The notes beneath the pieces were generated by a model that did no database searches, was not told the origin of the DNA, and worked only from the letters and a program-made list of their open reading frames with translations. A stretch of DNA of 63,650 nt, filler included, from Conidiobolus incongruus B7586 (taxonomy: Eukaryota): NCBI GenBank assembly GCA_000697335.1. It is 8 parts of 8 records of this genome, joined end to end, with 100 filler letters (N's around TTAATTAATTAA, not from the genome) between each part and the next. Parts side by side here need not be neighbours in the genome. Positions count along the whole stretch, not along the records: positions 1 to 9,973 come from JNEM01006199.1; positions 10,074 to 22,206 come from JNEM01006200.1; 6 more parts are not named here. One strand, 5' to 3'. Of the stretch, positions 1-15,020 are shown in pieces; position 1 is the stretch's first letter, and every line of letters begins with the position of its first letter. Position numbers and translations under genes: made by a program.

Positions 1-3000
1 ATTTATATTCAAAATATAATGATTTTAATTAATAAAAAGCTATTAAAGATAAAATAAATTAAATATTAATAATAATGAATAATTAAATTATATTAATCGT
101 TATATATTAAATTATAATAATTTAATTGTTATTTTATAATGAAATATATGATTTTGGAATATAAATGAATCATAAATAAAATAATTAATATATAAAATTA
201 ATTTTTCAATTTATTCAATTTATATAAATATATTATTTTTTATAAACCAAATTATTTTATTCTTATTATTTTTTCTATAAAAATTTTATATAAATTTGTA
301 ATATTAATTTAATATTCCTTTTATATTTGATATTATATATAGTAATTCTTAGTAAATTATTTATATTTGAAAAAACAGGATTTCTATTATTGACTAAAAT
401 CTAATATTTCAATAAATGTCACAATCTACTTCTTTATTACAATCCAATTGTCACAAATTTTAAAGATTTAATTATACCTTAGATTTCAGTCACTATTTAA
501 TATATATATATATATATACTTAATCTAACTTAAAGAGATTTTTTTAAGCTAAATATTTTTTATTTAAGGATAATAAATCATATTAATTATTATTTTAATA
601 TAGAATCTAAGGATAACTATGTAATGACACAAATAAAATAAAACTATAAAGTGGGCTACACTTGAAGACTATGTTTTTTTTAGCAATTTGACATTATTTT
701 TAATCTCTTATATTATTATATATTATATTTGAATTGTTACAAGATTATTAAGTTTAATCATAAGTTACTAATTGCATTAATTATATAAAATCATCTCTGC
801 AATTATTATTTTGCATTTATTCAATAATATAGGTGAATATTATTCTTGACTGCAGGAGCCAAGTACAGGGAATATTTTCGAAGGTCTCGACATTAAATTA
901 GTTTAATATATTTCAATAAATTCATTTTCAAAAGTATTTTTATTAATTATCAAGATTATTTTAGTATATATGGTTATAAACAAATAAATAGACCCAGTTT
1001 AATAGTTTTTTATTTTGTTTATAAAAAAGATTATATAATTCAATTTATTTATAAAAAATAAATTTTCATAAAAATATAATTTGGAGTTGATTTTATGTAA
1101 ATTAATTTATAAATTATTATTAAATATTTTATCTTTAATAAATTAGTGAAAGAACTATAAATAATTATAGCTCAAAAGATTAATAAATACATATTAATAA
1201 AAATTTATTAATATATTAATTTAGCTGAATATAATATTGGATTTTATTTTATTTTAATTGAAAATATTAATAAAAGAGGATTTTTTGGAATAAGATTTTT
1301 AGGTTTTATATTTATATTAATAAATCTTGCTTGTTTAATATTATAATAGTTTAAATTTTTATTTTATTTTTATTAAACTAAATTTAAACTTTAATATATA
1401 GTATATTTAGATAGTTATTATTATAATTTGTTAATTGCTTTCTAGTTAAAAAGGTTTTTTAATATATATATATATTATAATCTGCAAAGAAAAATAACAA
1501 ATATTATCTAATAATATAATGGTAACTTTGTAATAGTTTGATTTTAACCTTAAAAAAATTAATCAAATGATAAAGGGTGATTTTAGATAAAATCATAATA
1601 ATAAGTTATTTAAAATTTTTAATTATTTCAAAAAATATGATTAAGTTTGAATAATAATAAAATAAAGATTTTTTTAATAATTATTAATAAATATAAATAA
1701 TATAAAATTTGATATTAAATTTTAGAATGAAAAATTATTAGAATTGAATATATATACTACTTGAAATCATAAAGTCTTTTATTTGCTATATATGAAATAT
1801 AATTTAATGAATAATGAATAAACTTGGGAAATTAAATTTTAATAAAAGTGTTAAGATTTAATTTTGTAATAAATGAAGTCAATGATATAAATTAAAATTT
1901 CAAAACCAAATAATTTGATACTCTTTTTATATAAAAATAATTTGTTTAATTTTTAAAAGAAAATAATTGATCATAATATATCAATTGAGAGCAATATAAC
2001 GGCGAAAATTATAATCCAGCTGAGTGTGATATAAATATATGTTCAAAAAATTAAGAATAATCAAATATTGGTAAATTTTATTATTATAATTAAGAAATTT
2101 AAACAATAAATTTATTTTATTAATCTCAAAATAATTAAAATTATTATGCATTTTTTCAATTATATATTATTGGTAATAATTAATAGTGATTATTTAACTT
2201 GCTTTGAAAGTTTGAAATTGAATTTTGCCGAATAAATTCAAATAAATTATCAGCTAAATATTGATTATTCAATATTATAATATATTGCAAATAACCTTAT
2301 TTAAGATACATATATATATTTATTGATAGTCTATCAAATGGATATTATATATATATTATTATAATACCTTTCTTTAAAATATAAATAAAGACTCATAAAA
2401 AAATAGATAAAAAAAATAATATTTTGAATAATAATTTTATGATGATTAATATTATTTATTTCGGAATGAATATTAAAATTCACTCAATTGATTGAATACA
2501 TTTAATATATATTAAAAGCTATAAAGAGAAAATGGTATATATTCAGAAGGCATATATTTCAATTTGTTAAATTTCAAAGCTATAATGGCAATTGGTAATG
2601 GAATTATTATATTTGAATTGCTTATAATAAACTTCAACTAATTTCCTTAAAACTATTTTTTTTGAGAATTAACATATAAAATAAATTGCGAAAAAAATTG
2701 AGCAACAATCTTTGTAGTTCTATCAAAAATTAAAATGTTAAATCAAAATTAATCATATATTAATAATTCATATACATTAATTAGTAGAAGGATTTTTTAT
2801 AATATATTACTTTAAGTGACAAATCCGATACTGGAAGAATAACATTGATAAACTTTTCACCGCCTATTAAATTCAATTTAATATCACAATTATCAGGATT
2901 TAGAGTGGTATTTCCACAGTTTGGTCATAATATATCTATTCCATCTCAAAATTTTCATTGAGTTGTTAATATTGATAATTATTTCATCTCACTTTACTTA

Positions 3001-3688
3001 GTAACCCACCAAGATCACCACCGCTATCACCAATTTTGAAACCAATTCAATAACCAATCAAAATCAATTCATTCAAACTTCAAGTCACCTCAAAGTTCCA
3101 ATTTAAAACAATTTCCTCTAAAAAGTTTATTTTTATCAATAATTAATATGAATCCAACGAAGAAGTGCACCTGAAATTAAAGTATTCTTCACCACAGTGT
3201 GTTAACCCCGCAACCAGGGTATTATAAAATACCCCACTAACATCAATTCTACAAATACTAATCAAATAATTCAGTATATTAAGAAGAATGAATTTAGCTA
3301 AAAATTATTTAACACTGACATTCAATATCAACCCTAGCAATCCCATCTTAGTTGACGAACCTACTGTGACAGAGTTGGTACAAAAGGAAGAAAGAATGGG
3401 ATGGAATCCCAATTTGCCAAGAATACCCGAAGAGAATTAAATCATCACAGATAAAACTTAATGTGAATAATAATGATTATAATGAGAAGTTTATTAGTTG
3501 AAAAGTAATAATTAAAAAAAATTTTAAGGATATTAATAAAATTATAATTAATATTTCATTTATTTAGTTTTTTTAATTTAATTTTTAAATTAAATTAATT
3601 ATTTTAAGAAAAACTTTAATAAAATAGGAAAATTAAAAAAAATTCAATTTTAACATGAAACAAATCTATTTTATTAATAATAAATACC

Positions 3689-5681
3689 CTATTCCTCTTC
3701 AGTTTCCTTCATCAATTGTCTCAACAAAATCGAACTGGGTCCGGGATTGTCCTGCTCGTCAACAATCGCTTGTAGCAAATGATTTACACTCTCATTATCC
3801 AAACCCTTCAAATCCACATTTGTCAACTTGTGTTCCAGTTCTTGAGCTATGTCATCGTCTTCGGTGGTTGAAATACCTGTCAAATCTAATTACCATTAAT
3901 AAATCAAAATCATTAATTAAAAATTGAAAATTACCGTTCAGATAATATTCCAATCTATCCAAAAATTCATCACCCTCAAAGTCTTCATTCAAATCTACCG
4001 TTGTATTCAAATCTTCAATACCTGTGTAATCACTATCTAAGTTCAGATAAGAATTCAACTTAGTTTCTATATTGTCAAGTTGTAAAATATCGTCATCTTC
4101 CAATTCTAAAGTATCGGGATCTGTATTGAGATTGGGATGCTAATTGAGAAATGTTAGATTATAATAAGATGTGATGATGGAGAGGAATTACTTTGTTAAA
4201 TAGTTCATCCAATTGTTTGAATCCAATTTCCATCCAATTGTCGTTATCATCCTTATCACTATTAAATACTTTATCCTCAGAAATGGGTTGTTTTATAATA
4301 TTTTGAATGGTTTTAATTAAGTTAAAATTAGAATGAGTTCTATATATCATTAAATTAATAAAAGGAATAGAATTAATCGATATAAATATTAAATTACTTG
4401 GATAATTCGCAAGAATTTAAATAATCTCTCTTTAATTGTTGTAATAAATCTTGATATTGGTTAGATGTTTCGTCAAGGCCCTAAATCATTAATTAATCTT
4501 AATATAACTAATCATTGATTAACTAGTTACTTGAAAGTAATTCTCTTCGACTTTACTATTATAAAATTGGGTCCATTTTAAATCTTTAGAAAATTGGTAA
4601 TTCTAAATTTTAATTAATTAATTAATAATTATTTGAAATAATTATGAAATTTACTTCAATAGTGATTTCTGGTGATTGATTGAGTAATAATTCTAATCCT
4701 ACAATCTAGACTATAATTAATATTTTGATTAATTATTAATACATAATAAAATTACTAATTTTAAACTTAATTCCCCCTTAGAATCCGTAGCCAGATCATT
4801 AACCCAGCGCTTAGGAACAAAACTCATACTTTGACAACTTATCATCGCATAAGAATACCTATGAAATTGAACACTCTTCCATACCCATTGATTTTCCCTG
4901 TCTCTAAATTCTTCTCTAATACTAATACGTTTTAAATTATAAGGATCTCTAAAGTAATAAGCCCTACAAATTTCACTAATAATTTGAGGTTTTTGATCCA
5001 AAAGATTCGCAATTTGTCGAGGTAGAAAAAGTTTGCAAAAATGTTGACTATCTTTCAAATAATCTGGAAATTTCAATAATTTTTGATTGAGATGTTGAGT
5101 CATTGAGGAGGTGGATCGATATTCGTCATAGGATTTTGGTAGGTTGGGTAATTTTGGACATTCTGGTGACAGTAGATACAATTCTCCATTTTTTATAAAA
5201 ACTCTGTTATCAGAAGTTTCTGGACTACACCACTCTGGTAAATAATCAGCCAATTCAATTAATAGGAACTCGCCATCAGTATCTCTCAATCTAAATCACC
5301 AAATTAGTACTTGGGTAATCAAAATTAATATAATAATTACGTAATGATTAATTCCCCAAACTCTTTTGACAATTTCATCATCAAATAGACAATAAACCAT
5401 TCTTCATCTAAATTTTCTCCAAATTGAAATTCCCCATTAAACAATATAAATTTATTACAATTATATTCATTATTTAAATCCATTTCAATAAGTTTAAATG
5501 GAGCTATGAACCAAATATAGTTGGATGAAGTGACTAACTCGGTCATCAAAGCGTTGAAATAAGATTGTATTTGATATTGTAATTTTTGGAGTTGTTCATT
5601 GGTTAATGGATTAAGGCGATAGTTGTAATAGATGGTGTAGGTTAGAGTATCATTGTTGGTGGGTATTGACAGTTGATCCAT
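3689..5681 (-). CDS. ECD: Ecdysoneless/SGT1-like protein (multi-exon)
   Basis: Motifs FGENLDEEWFIVYL and DTDGEFLLIELADYLPEW..PETSDNRVFI, plus an acidic C-terminus. GT-AG introns at 5291-5340, 4706-4755 and 3886-3934 were checked and join the ORF pieces in frame; further introns lie between 4100 and 4660. Confidence 0.9.
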
Positions 5682-8601
5682 AATTATTTAATTTATAAAA
5701 TGAATAAATGAATTTTTCATTAAAATTTAATGTAGTTCGATCTCTTTTATGTTTATTATATTAATAATTCAATTTATGGGATTAATTTTTAAAATAACCA
5801 AAATAAAAAAGGAAATCAATTGATGAAATATATTTTTATGAACTCTATATTTGTTCATTAAAAATTATTAATCAAAGTCAATTAAGTTATATCAGATATA
5901 ATCATATCTGTAATCTTTCTGGAAATGCTATATAGTAAAGGCAAATTAATATATAGACAGGTGATACAAAATTTAATATTAAATATTTTAAGTATTAAAA
6001 CATTGGATCAATTTGAAAATTGGTGTAGTTTCAAATTATTAAGGATAATTAGAATAAATGTAATTACAATAGAATAGTGATGGATGAGAAATAATAGAAT
6101 AGATCTTGAATCTATTTATTGTATTATATCTCGAAGGATCAGTTTTATAAAATATGTTCAATGATTTTGATAAATTTGCTGTAACTAATCAAATAAAATA
6201 CGAAGGCAAAAAAGTTAAATTTGCAATTAAATTCATATGATAAAACTTAATTGAATTGGAATAGATAATATTATCTTATTTATTTAACAAGTATGAATGA
6301 AATAACAAAAATATTTCAATTATTGCAAACAAGAATTTATTTTATTTTATTTCTTTTTTATAAATACATCTTACAAAATTCTTTTTACCAAATCTGAACA
6401 GTGATGAAACTCTCATCTCTTAAATTGCATGACATATATATTTTAAAAATTTATAGTTTGATGAATATTATTCTATTATAATATTTAATAAATTCAAATT
6501 TCTACAATTGATATATTTGATTCAAAAATATTTAATTATATAATAATATTTAATTTTTTATATTCAAGACTTATAATAAATTGACGAAGACTTTAATTAG
6601 ATTTAAATAAACCAAAATTGTAACTTTTTCCTATTAAGAATTTAATATCAATTAAATATAGTTGGAAGGAAAAATAAAGATTTAATATTGTTTTTAATAT
6701 CATTATTATTGTTATTGATTAAAATAATAGTAATTGAAGTGATATAATTTAAATTTAATCAAAGCTATTATTTTAGTTATATTATATGAAAATTCAAATT
6801 TTTTAATTTTTTAATATATATCAATGATTTATAAAAAAACACTATAAAATTTGTTAATTTGATGTCATTTTTCATCATAGTAATTTTATAATCTCTTTTA
6901 TAAACTTTCAAAACTGATTTTATAATATAATAGTGAATAACATTAATATAAATTTTTCAAATTCAATCCATATTACGCAGATTAAATTAAAAGATCCCTC
7001 CCTATACTACTTTAACGAAGACTTCCACACCAATTTTTACTCTCATTAAATTTATTATCAAAGTAATCCACTTACAAATCCTCTGTTACTATTTTGCAAT
7101 GATCTCATTGTTAACTGTATATTCTTTGTTTTTCAATTTGAAATACCAAGTGTTTCAATCTGTCTTCCTCATTCAAAATTGAACTAAAATTTTAAGGATA
7201 TAATGTAAAATTCAACAAAGGATCCAAGGATATTTGATTGTGTAATAAATGACTGTAATGTTTAAAAATGGGACTGTTTTGAACCTTATAGTTCAAGGGT
7301 TTAGCTCAAACTTGAATGGAGAATTGTATATTGTGTGAAAGCGTTATAATGATAGTGCCTTTCATAATGTAAAATTGATCTCTTTAGTAATCACTATAAT
7401 TCATTGAATATTTCTGAAAATATTTCAATTAATAGTATTAGTATTATATAATCAAGTTTATTTTAAAAAAATTATAATCAAAAATTTAAATTATTCAATA
7501 TATTATGGATATATCTCAATTTCAGTCAATTAAATATAAAAATGATAAAACACACTTGATTTTGATTATATATATAATTATTAATATCATAGGCTTTAAT
7601 AATTTTACACTTTAAAACCAAATCTAAACTAGTTCAAAATGAAATAATAGTCTTTTCTAGAAATTTTTAAATTAAGAAATATTTATCCTAAAATTGTGTG
7701 CTCTCCCTTTGTAGCATTTAAATATTAAAAGTAATAGATAGCAGCTTTAAGATTATTGAATAAATCAGATCATCAGTAGAAAAAAATTTAAATTTTACAA
7801 AATTGATGCTTCAATCGAGATCCTAATTTTCATGTCATGAACTTTAGAATATTGTTAAAAATTTAATTAATAAAATCATAGTTCCTACAATCATTTCATT
7901 TTTATTATTCCTAAATAATTTTATTCATATTAAATTTTTTTACTAATATTAAATTAAATATAATTATACTTCAGTCTAATTTATTCCGCTGAACATTTCA
8001 ACTTCCTCCTTTTATGCTTTTCATTATCAGAGACATTCTTGAAAGAATCTCAAATATCCAGAAAGAGTGTCAATTTAAATCTTTCATACTCTAGCAATTA
8101 AGGTAAAGTGAGTAATCAAATAGTTTAAACTTTTCCTGATGTTTTAGTATTGAATATTAAGATAAAGACTTAAGAGTGTATTATAAATTCTGGCAAAAAG
8201 ATTATACATCCTTTATTTGATTACTCTTCAAAATTGTTAATAGTTAAATATCATTGAATTAGTGATTCGTGATTTAGCTTGAAATTTGAAAACGGAATTT
8301 TTGTGAAGTGATATAGTGATAGTGCTCTTGTCATGCTGTATGTTATTGTGAATTATTAGGAGATTAGACTATTTATCATTGTTAATGCGAATAATAAATT
8401 GAAGGTAATTTTTGTTATATTAAAGTTGAAATTTTTTTAATTATTTTATTTTCTATATTTTGAAAATAATAAACTTTTTATTAATTCAATGAATTAAATA
8501 TAACTCTGTGATAATTGATTATATATTTAATGAAAAATTGAAAAAAAATAAAACAAGTATAATTCTGACTGCATAAATAATTAAATGGATTAATTATTAG
8601 A

Positions 8602-8638
<37 letters not shown>

Positions 8639-8962
8639 ATAATATAATATCAGAAATTTATAATCCAAAATACAATATTAGAGATAATTATTTGATTGTT
8701 AATATATTTGCATTTTAAATTTAAATATAATATATATTATTATTTATCTTATTTGCTTTTGAATAAAAATAATCTATTCAAAAAATAATTTTTATAAATA
8801 TATATTTAATATAATTATGAATAATAATATATTTTTCATAAATATCTGTTAGTAAATTAATGATGTGATTTAATTGTATTTAATTATAAAATTTAAAAGT
8901 TATATTTTTATTATTAAATAACTTTGAATATTATTATACAAATATATGATATATTATTATTA

Positions 8963-9973
8963 CTCTATATTTTAAATAATGGGAATTTTTTGTAATTTAA
9001 AATAAATATACATTTTGATATATAATATATAAAAATAAATAAAAATTATAAGTTTAATAGTTTGTTTTATTATTAATACCTTTTTACTATACTTTTAATA
9101 AACTTCTAACACTTAAAAAATAATTTTTTTTATTAAAAATTGAAATTTAATATTTCACAAACTAATTAAATTTTTCTATAAAAATTTTCTTTCTTATAAG
9201 CTAGTTTTTTAATTACTTAAAGCAATTATAATCACATAAGTTATAATCTAAAGAATATACTAGATGTAGTAGTTTTTTCTAGTTATTTTTAATCAAAAAA
9301 TTTTTTATAACTTTAAATTTATATATTTTATAATTATTTTATAAAATAATAAATTTTTTTAAATTATATTAAGAATATTAATTAAAAATAACAAATAATA
9401 TTATAATTTATTATAATAATTAATATTTACTTATTAATAAAATATTTATTTAAAAGGATTTGTAAAAAAAGTTGATTTAACTTAACACTTTGATTTATAT
9501 TTTAATAAAAGATTATATAAAGGGAATTAAAATTTATTAATTATAATTATTTATTATAAAAGTTTAAGCATTTAGTAATATATTAATAAGTTTTATTTAA
9601 TAATTATTATTGTATCTTTTTTTTAAGCTTTAGTTAAATTATAAGGTATTTATTTTATACTTTTATTTATTAATTTGAGTTTAAACTTTAATATATATAA
9701 AATACTTATAAAACTAATATTAAAGTGTTTAAATATTTTTTTAATTAAAATAAAAAGGTATTTTTTAATATATTTTTTCACTCTATTAATAACTAAAAAA
9801 ATAATAGTTAAAATTAATCTTTTAAATTTTAATATATTTTAAATAATTTTTCTCTTTAAAAAAATTTACTTAATAATAAATTATTGATTTAAATAATACT
9901 TTATTATCAAAAGTTACTTGCAAATTTTAAATAATTTTAAAGGGTTTATGGTTAAGTTTTATTAATACTAAAA
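8963..9973 (-). mobile_element. Mariner transposon relic, heavily C>T/G>A mutated; runs into the gap
   Basis: Terminus TA|CTCTATATTTTAAATAATGGGAA at 8961. Minus strand 9231-9290 reads *KKLLHLVYSLDYNLCDY, a decayed form of the mariner WxxLPHPxYSPDxxPxDY motif. 9800-9973 is the reverse complement of the transposase 5' part at about 63310-63490. Confidence 0.85.
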
Positions 9974-10073
9974 NNNNNNNNNNNNNNNNNNNNNNNNNNN
10001 NNNNNNNNNNNNNNNNNTTAATTAATTAANNNNNNNNNNNNNNNNNNNNNNNNNNNNNNNNNNNNNNNNNNNN
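9974..10073. other. Artificial assembly linker (N-TTAATTAATTAA-N, 100 nt)
   Basis: The same construct occurs at 22207-22306, 32875-32974, 49820-49919, 56784-56883, 59764-59863 and 62236-62335. The core places stops in all six frames. Confidence 0.97.
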
Positions 10074-10124
10074 TCATTCAATTCTCATTGGATGAGGACA
10101 TCCAATCTTAAAACCCCCCGGTAT

Positions 10125-10462
10125 TGTCACGAGTCAGGTGACTCTCCTCCCACGTAATATGCTTACTTCAACTGAATATAAGGGTCATTCCCCCCCTCAT
10201 GTGACCAACCACTTCAACCCTATCCTTTAATCAGCTAATGATACAACCCTCCAGAAAACTCCAGAAACCTACTACTCTATGCACTATATATAGAACCCAG
10301 AAACAGAGCTATACTACAGAGAAGGAGTTCGATCTGGGTCCTCCCAGCTATTTGGCTTAAACCAATAAACCCCCTATCTCCCTAACCTTTACCTGGAATT
10401 CCCTAGATCTCTCCCTTTTGCTTATACTATTCCGGACACGGCTTTCCCAAGACGTGTTAATA
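10125..10462 (+). mobile_element. LTR-like repeat, family 2 copy a
   Basis: GC-rich island starting TGTCAC, with TATA-like CTATATATA and AATAAA. Alignable along its length to 39368-39702, e.g. the shared CCCTATCTCCCTA..TTAC.TGGAATTC.CTAGATCTC block. Confidence 0.7.
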
Positions 10463-11179
10463 TATTAAATTTCAAAAATTTATATTAAGTAATTTTCCAA
10501 TTATTGAATATATTCTATAAATATATTTATTTTATCTGAGAAAATAATGTAAAAAATTTGAAATTAATATTTTCGATGAATTGTTTTAAATATAATCTAA
10601 TGATTTCTGATAATATATATATATATATCATTAGTTTTATAATCAAAATATTTATTTATTTATATTAATGATTTTGGTTATATTTTGATTATATATAAGT
10701 AGATTAACTCTATTTATCTCCTGAAAGTGGGAATTTTGATGTCAAATTTCTTCTAATTGAAATACAATTTCTCATTTTAACAAACATTATGATATTTGAT
10801 AAATAATAAAAAAATTGCCATTAATTGACTATAATATATAATTCAAAATATATATTGAAATTTTTATATTAGATATAAAATAATTTGATATTGGTTATTA
10901 CCAAATTTAGGATAAGGATGTGTGATAAATTGAATTAAACTAATTTGAGCTAGATATGTACAATTAATTAGAAGAGTTAAGTTGGATGAGAATTGGGTTT
11001 GATTTCGTTTAGTTTGGTTTTAATTAAATAACTTTTAACGTTATTGGGTTTGTTTAAATAGCAAACGCTTGTACAATTTGATCCTTTATACACCTTACTA
11101 CCACAATAATTTAATTCATATATTCTTTTGGATTATATCTCTATATTAATCTCTTCTATTATTTTAACCTACTTTGACT

Positions 11180-12557
11180 ATGGCCACTTTTGAATTACCT
11201 CAAGACTTATCTCAGCTTCAAAATATTATCTCCAATAATTATAAAATATCGAGTAAAAATTGTTTACCTATACCTGAGCAAACTAAACGGCTCTTCGATA
11301 TTGTTGAGAAAGGAATTAGCTTAATATCTACAAGTTCGGGTAAATTTTTATAATGTTATTCAATTTTAAATTATATTAACCTATTATTTATTGTTTATAT
11401 TAGAATTAAATACTGTTGATTATAGTAACAAAAAGGAATTGGCAGAAATATTATTAAATTCTAAATTATTTTCTTCTCAATTAAAAAGAATTATTCCTTT
11501 TTTAATAATTAAAGGAGCCGTTACTAACCCAAGTGACGAAGTAATATTATTTAGATTTATTTGATATAATTTTAATTAATATATTTGTATTTAGTTTTAT
11601 GGTTGTTTATGGTTAGTATACACTATCATTTATCAAGCTATACCGTTAAATAGCGAATGGATATCCCAACTTATTCAAGCTCATTATGTTTACAAATTAA
11701 CCAAAGAAATTAGAGAACCTATTGACGGTAGGCTAGAACTACCAGCTGTCCAATTACTTCAAATAATATGCTCTAAAACCACCTTAAATGCTACCGATCA
11801 AAGTAACGTATTGATATATTTTTATCCTACATTATTATTAACTCGTGTCAATTTAGGTTATTTGAATCAAAAGTTGATAGACTATTTATTTGATATGGTG
11901 GATTTTTTAAGAGATAAGGATGATGCACTAGAAGAACAGCTTATTCAGCTCATTCTAATAATCCATCATCAATTTATCCTAACCCAGTCATTGAATAATA
12001 ATTCTATGATAATAACACCGGCATCTAGTCCCACATGCCATCCTGAACAATTGCTGGATGATGATATACCCAATCAAATTGCTTGCGAAACTTCATCTAA
12101 ACCCACTATCATATTATCAACTATCGAGTCTAAATTTTCTACCGCGAAAACTTTCGGAGAAGGATTAATATTTTTATTGAACCGAGCAACTGATTCATTC
12201 GTTCAATCTACCATTTTAAAATTTTTAATCGATGTTTTCAACTATAAACCAACAAGCCAATACTTCTATACTAATGATCTACATGTACTGGTCGACATCA
12301 TCATTCGCCAACTAAACAATTTATGCTCAAGTTCTGATCAGGTGGCATTGGATTATTTGAACTGTCTCTACACCTTACTTCCTAATTCGCAATATACTCA
12401 CCATTTTTACAAGTTTAATGAAATTGAAGCTTTATTGCAGCACTTAGCCGAATTAGAAATTTCCGATCATCACCATGATCTATGCTCCAAAATCCAACGT
12501 CAAGCTCATAATCTACTAATTCAACTAGATAATTTAAAATCAAAACTTCATTGCTAA
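11180..12557 (+). CDS. Ldb17/Dip1/SPIN90-like (DUF2013) Arp2/3 activator, 4 exons
   Basis: Motifs FGEGLIFLLNR and FYTNDLHVLVDIIIRQL. ATG at 11180; introns 11340-11403, 11541-11594 and 11803-11856 give a continuous frame. Confidence 0.82.
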
Positions 12558-14873
12558 CTTATCACATAGCAATATTCTCTCATTGGATAATTTAATATAC
12601 TTTTCTATAAGCTGGACTACTAATTAGTTAATACATGTTCCTAATGAACTAATAAATCTCAATTTAATATTATGCTGAATATATATATGCTATTTTTCAA
12701 ATTTATTCTATTAATTTTTGAGTTTCATATATATTAATATTTGAATAGTTTAATATTTTTTTTAAAAATCAACCAAACAATATAATTTTATTTCATTATT
12801 CCTTTTATCCAAATTAATCAAAAAGGATATTAATAATATAACATTTTACAAAGACTTTTTAATAATTATGATCAAATATCAGACCACGAACACAAGTTTT
12901 GAATGCAAAATTCTTGAATCCACTAAATTACCTCAATCCCGTTATACTACCTCCAATTTCATATGATCACCCCTAAGTTTGGATCCACAATCCCAAGTCC
13001 AATTTCATTTCTCCAGCTTAGACAAAATTTAATACCCCTCAATTAACTCTTTCTTCATAAAACTTACTAAAATAGTGTTAGTCGAATTACTGTTCACGTC
13101 CTATTAGGTCTTATACTCTTAGTTTACTAAATTTGGCTTAATCTCATAATTATCTAACCTGATTTATTTTCAATATTCAAGAAATTATATTTGTTTGAAT
13201 TAAATTTTTATAATAAAAGATATGACAGAATGAAATTAATATTAGTGCTCTCAATATATATATATATAATATTGATTTATTTAAAAAAGTTTAGTGATAT
13301 TGTATTATTAATCAATTTTTTATTTTTTTTTGTAAATTGACTAATGATTGTAATTTAAATGAAAATTAGAATTATATTAATAAATTTGAATCATTAAATA
13401 AGGATATAAAATGTTTAAATTATAAACATGAGTTGATAATATTAAAATATTATACTATTATTAATATAAATTAAAACTATATACCAATCTATTTATTTAA
13501 AAAAATAAAATAATTCTATGATTTTATATTATAATATCAAAATGAATTCATTGTTTGAAATTTCAATAATAATATGAGACCTTATATTCATTCAATTAAA
13601 TATTAACAAAATTTAATAAGCTTTAAATATTCAATTACTGTAAATTTACTCACTAAATTATGAGTTAAATATATTTGGAATGACGTTAGTTAAACTTGAA
13701 TAAAAATTATATTTTAATATCTTTGGCATGAATAGATTATTAATTTGTAATAAATTTTGTTAGAAGCTAAAATTTAAAATTACAATGTTATCTAGATCAA
13801 GAAATCTATGTAATATCCTACTATTCAAATATTCAACAGTTTTACCTGATGCTTATTGGCATTTGACTATTCTCAAATATTTATTAACTACAATTGTAGT
13901 TCAATCAAAGTATATGATAATGTAATTTACGGAAGATGTAATTATAAAGTTGTAACTTGAATTGAAAATTTTAAACTTTTTATTGAAACTATTAAAAAAG
14001 ATAAAGTTATACATAACAAAAGTTGTATCGTGGTTATTTCATCCATTGATAAAATTTGGCATTTATCTAATATAATTGAGTCATCAATTAATGAACTTTA
14101 AGGTAATTTTCACCAAACAAAATAATTCTAAAGCGATATCAAGTTATTGATTATGTGAAATTTTAATTATATTAGAATTAACATATAATTATTAAAAATA
14201 TATGATGTCAGTTCCAAGCATGTTGGACATATCAATAATCTTTAAAATTTTAATAAATTATGAAGTGTTTTTTATCAAAATGATTAAAATAAATTCAAAG
14301 TATTATAAATACAATTTCTGGTGTTAAATTTATTGAAATAAATGAGTTTAACTGTATTTGTTTGATGATATAGTGTATGATTTATGTATATTAATATGAA
14401 TAAAAGATCTAGGATATATTTTAATCTATTTTATATCCAATTTATATGAGAACATATGTCTTTTATTATATAATAAATTTTAAGATAATACATTTTTTAG
14501 ATGTTATATTTCTATGAATGTATATTATCAGAAATAATTGATTTGGAATGATCGACAAAGGTGATAACAAAAGTATGATAAATTTGTTATTTTATTTCCA
14601 ATAGATTACTAAGCAGTCGGAAATTAGAAAGTAATAGACAATGTGATAATTCCAAATATATAATTAAAGATAAGCTCAATCCAATAAAGAATAATATATA
14701 ATAAATATGGAGACCTTTGATTACATCACGAAAAAAATCACTTAGGAAAAATAAAGTTGAATAATTCCAAGACAACAATAACCAATTAAAAATTTGGATT
14801 TCAATTTATAAATGGAATAGATCATATTATTTTAAATTTCATATTTTTACTTTCGTTTTAAATTTCTATTAAA

Positions 14874-14906
<33 letters not shown>
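14874..14906. repeat. (ATT)11 microsatellite upstream of LIS1
   Basis: Perfect trinucleotide run. Confidence 0.95.
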
Positions 14907-15020
14907 TAATATTAAAATAAATTTGTTATATTGCTTAATTTTTTTAAATTTGGTAATTTAATTAGTATTTATATTGTTTTATTCAGATCTAATTAGTAAT
15001 ATGTTTATTTTAGATTTATA

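Noticed and set aside
3010..3035. Minus-strand GDSGGDL resembling the serine protease GDSGG motif
   Set aside because: No surrounding ORF or His/Asp motifs; it is the antisense of a Pro-rich plus-strand stretch (PRSPPLSP) in an unassignable relic at about 2820-3440.
6990..8360. Two slightly GC-richer blocks sharing a short segment (TGTGAA..G..ATA.TGATAGTGC at about 7335 and 8302)
   Set aside because: May be decayed tandem paralogues, but similarity is too short and no frame is interpretable.
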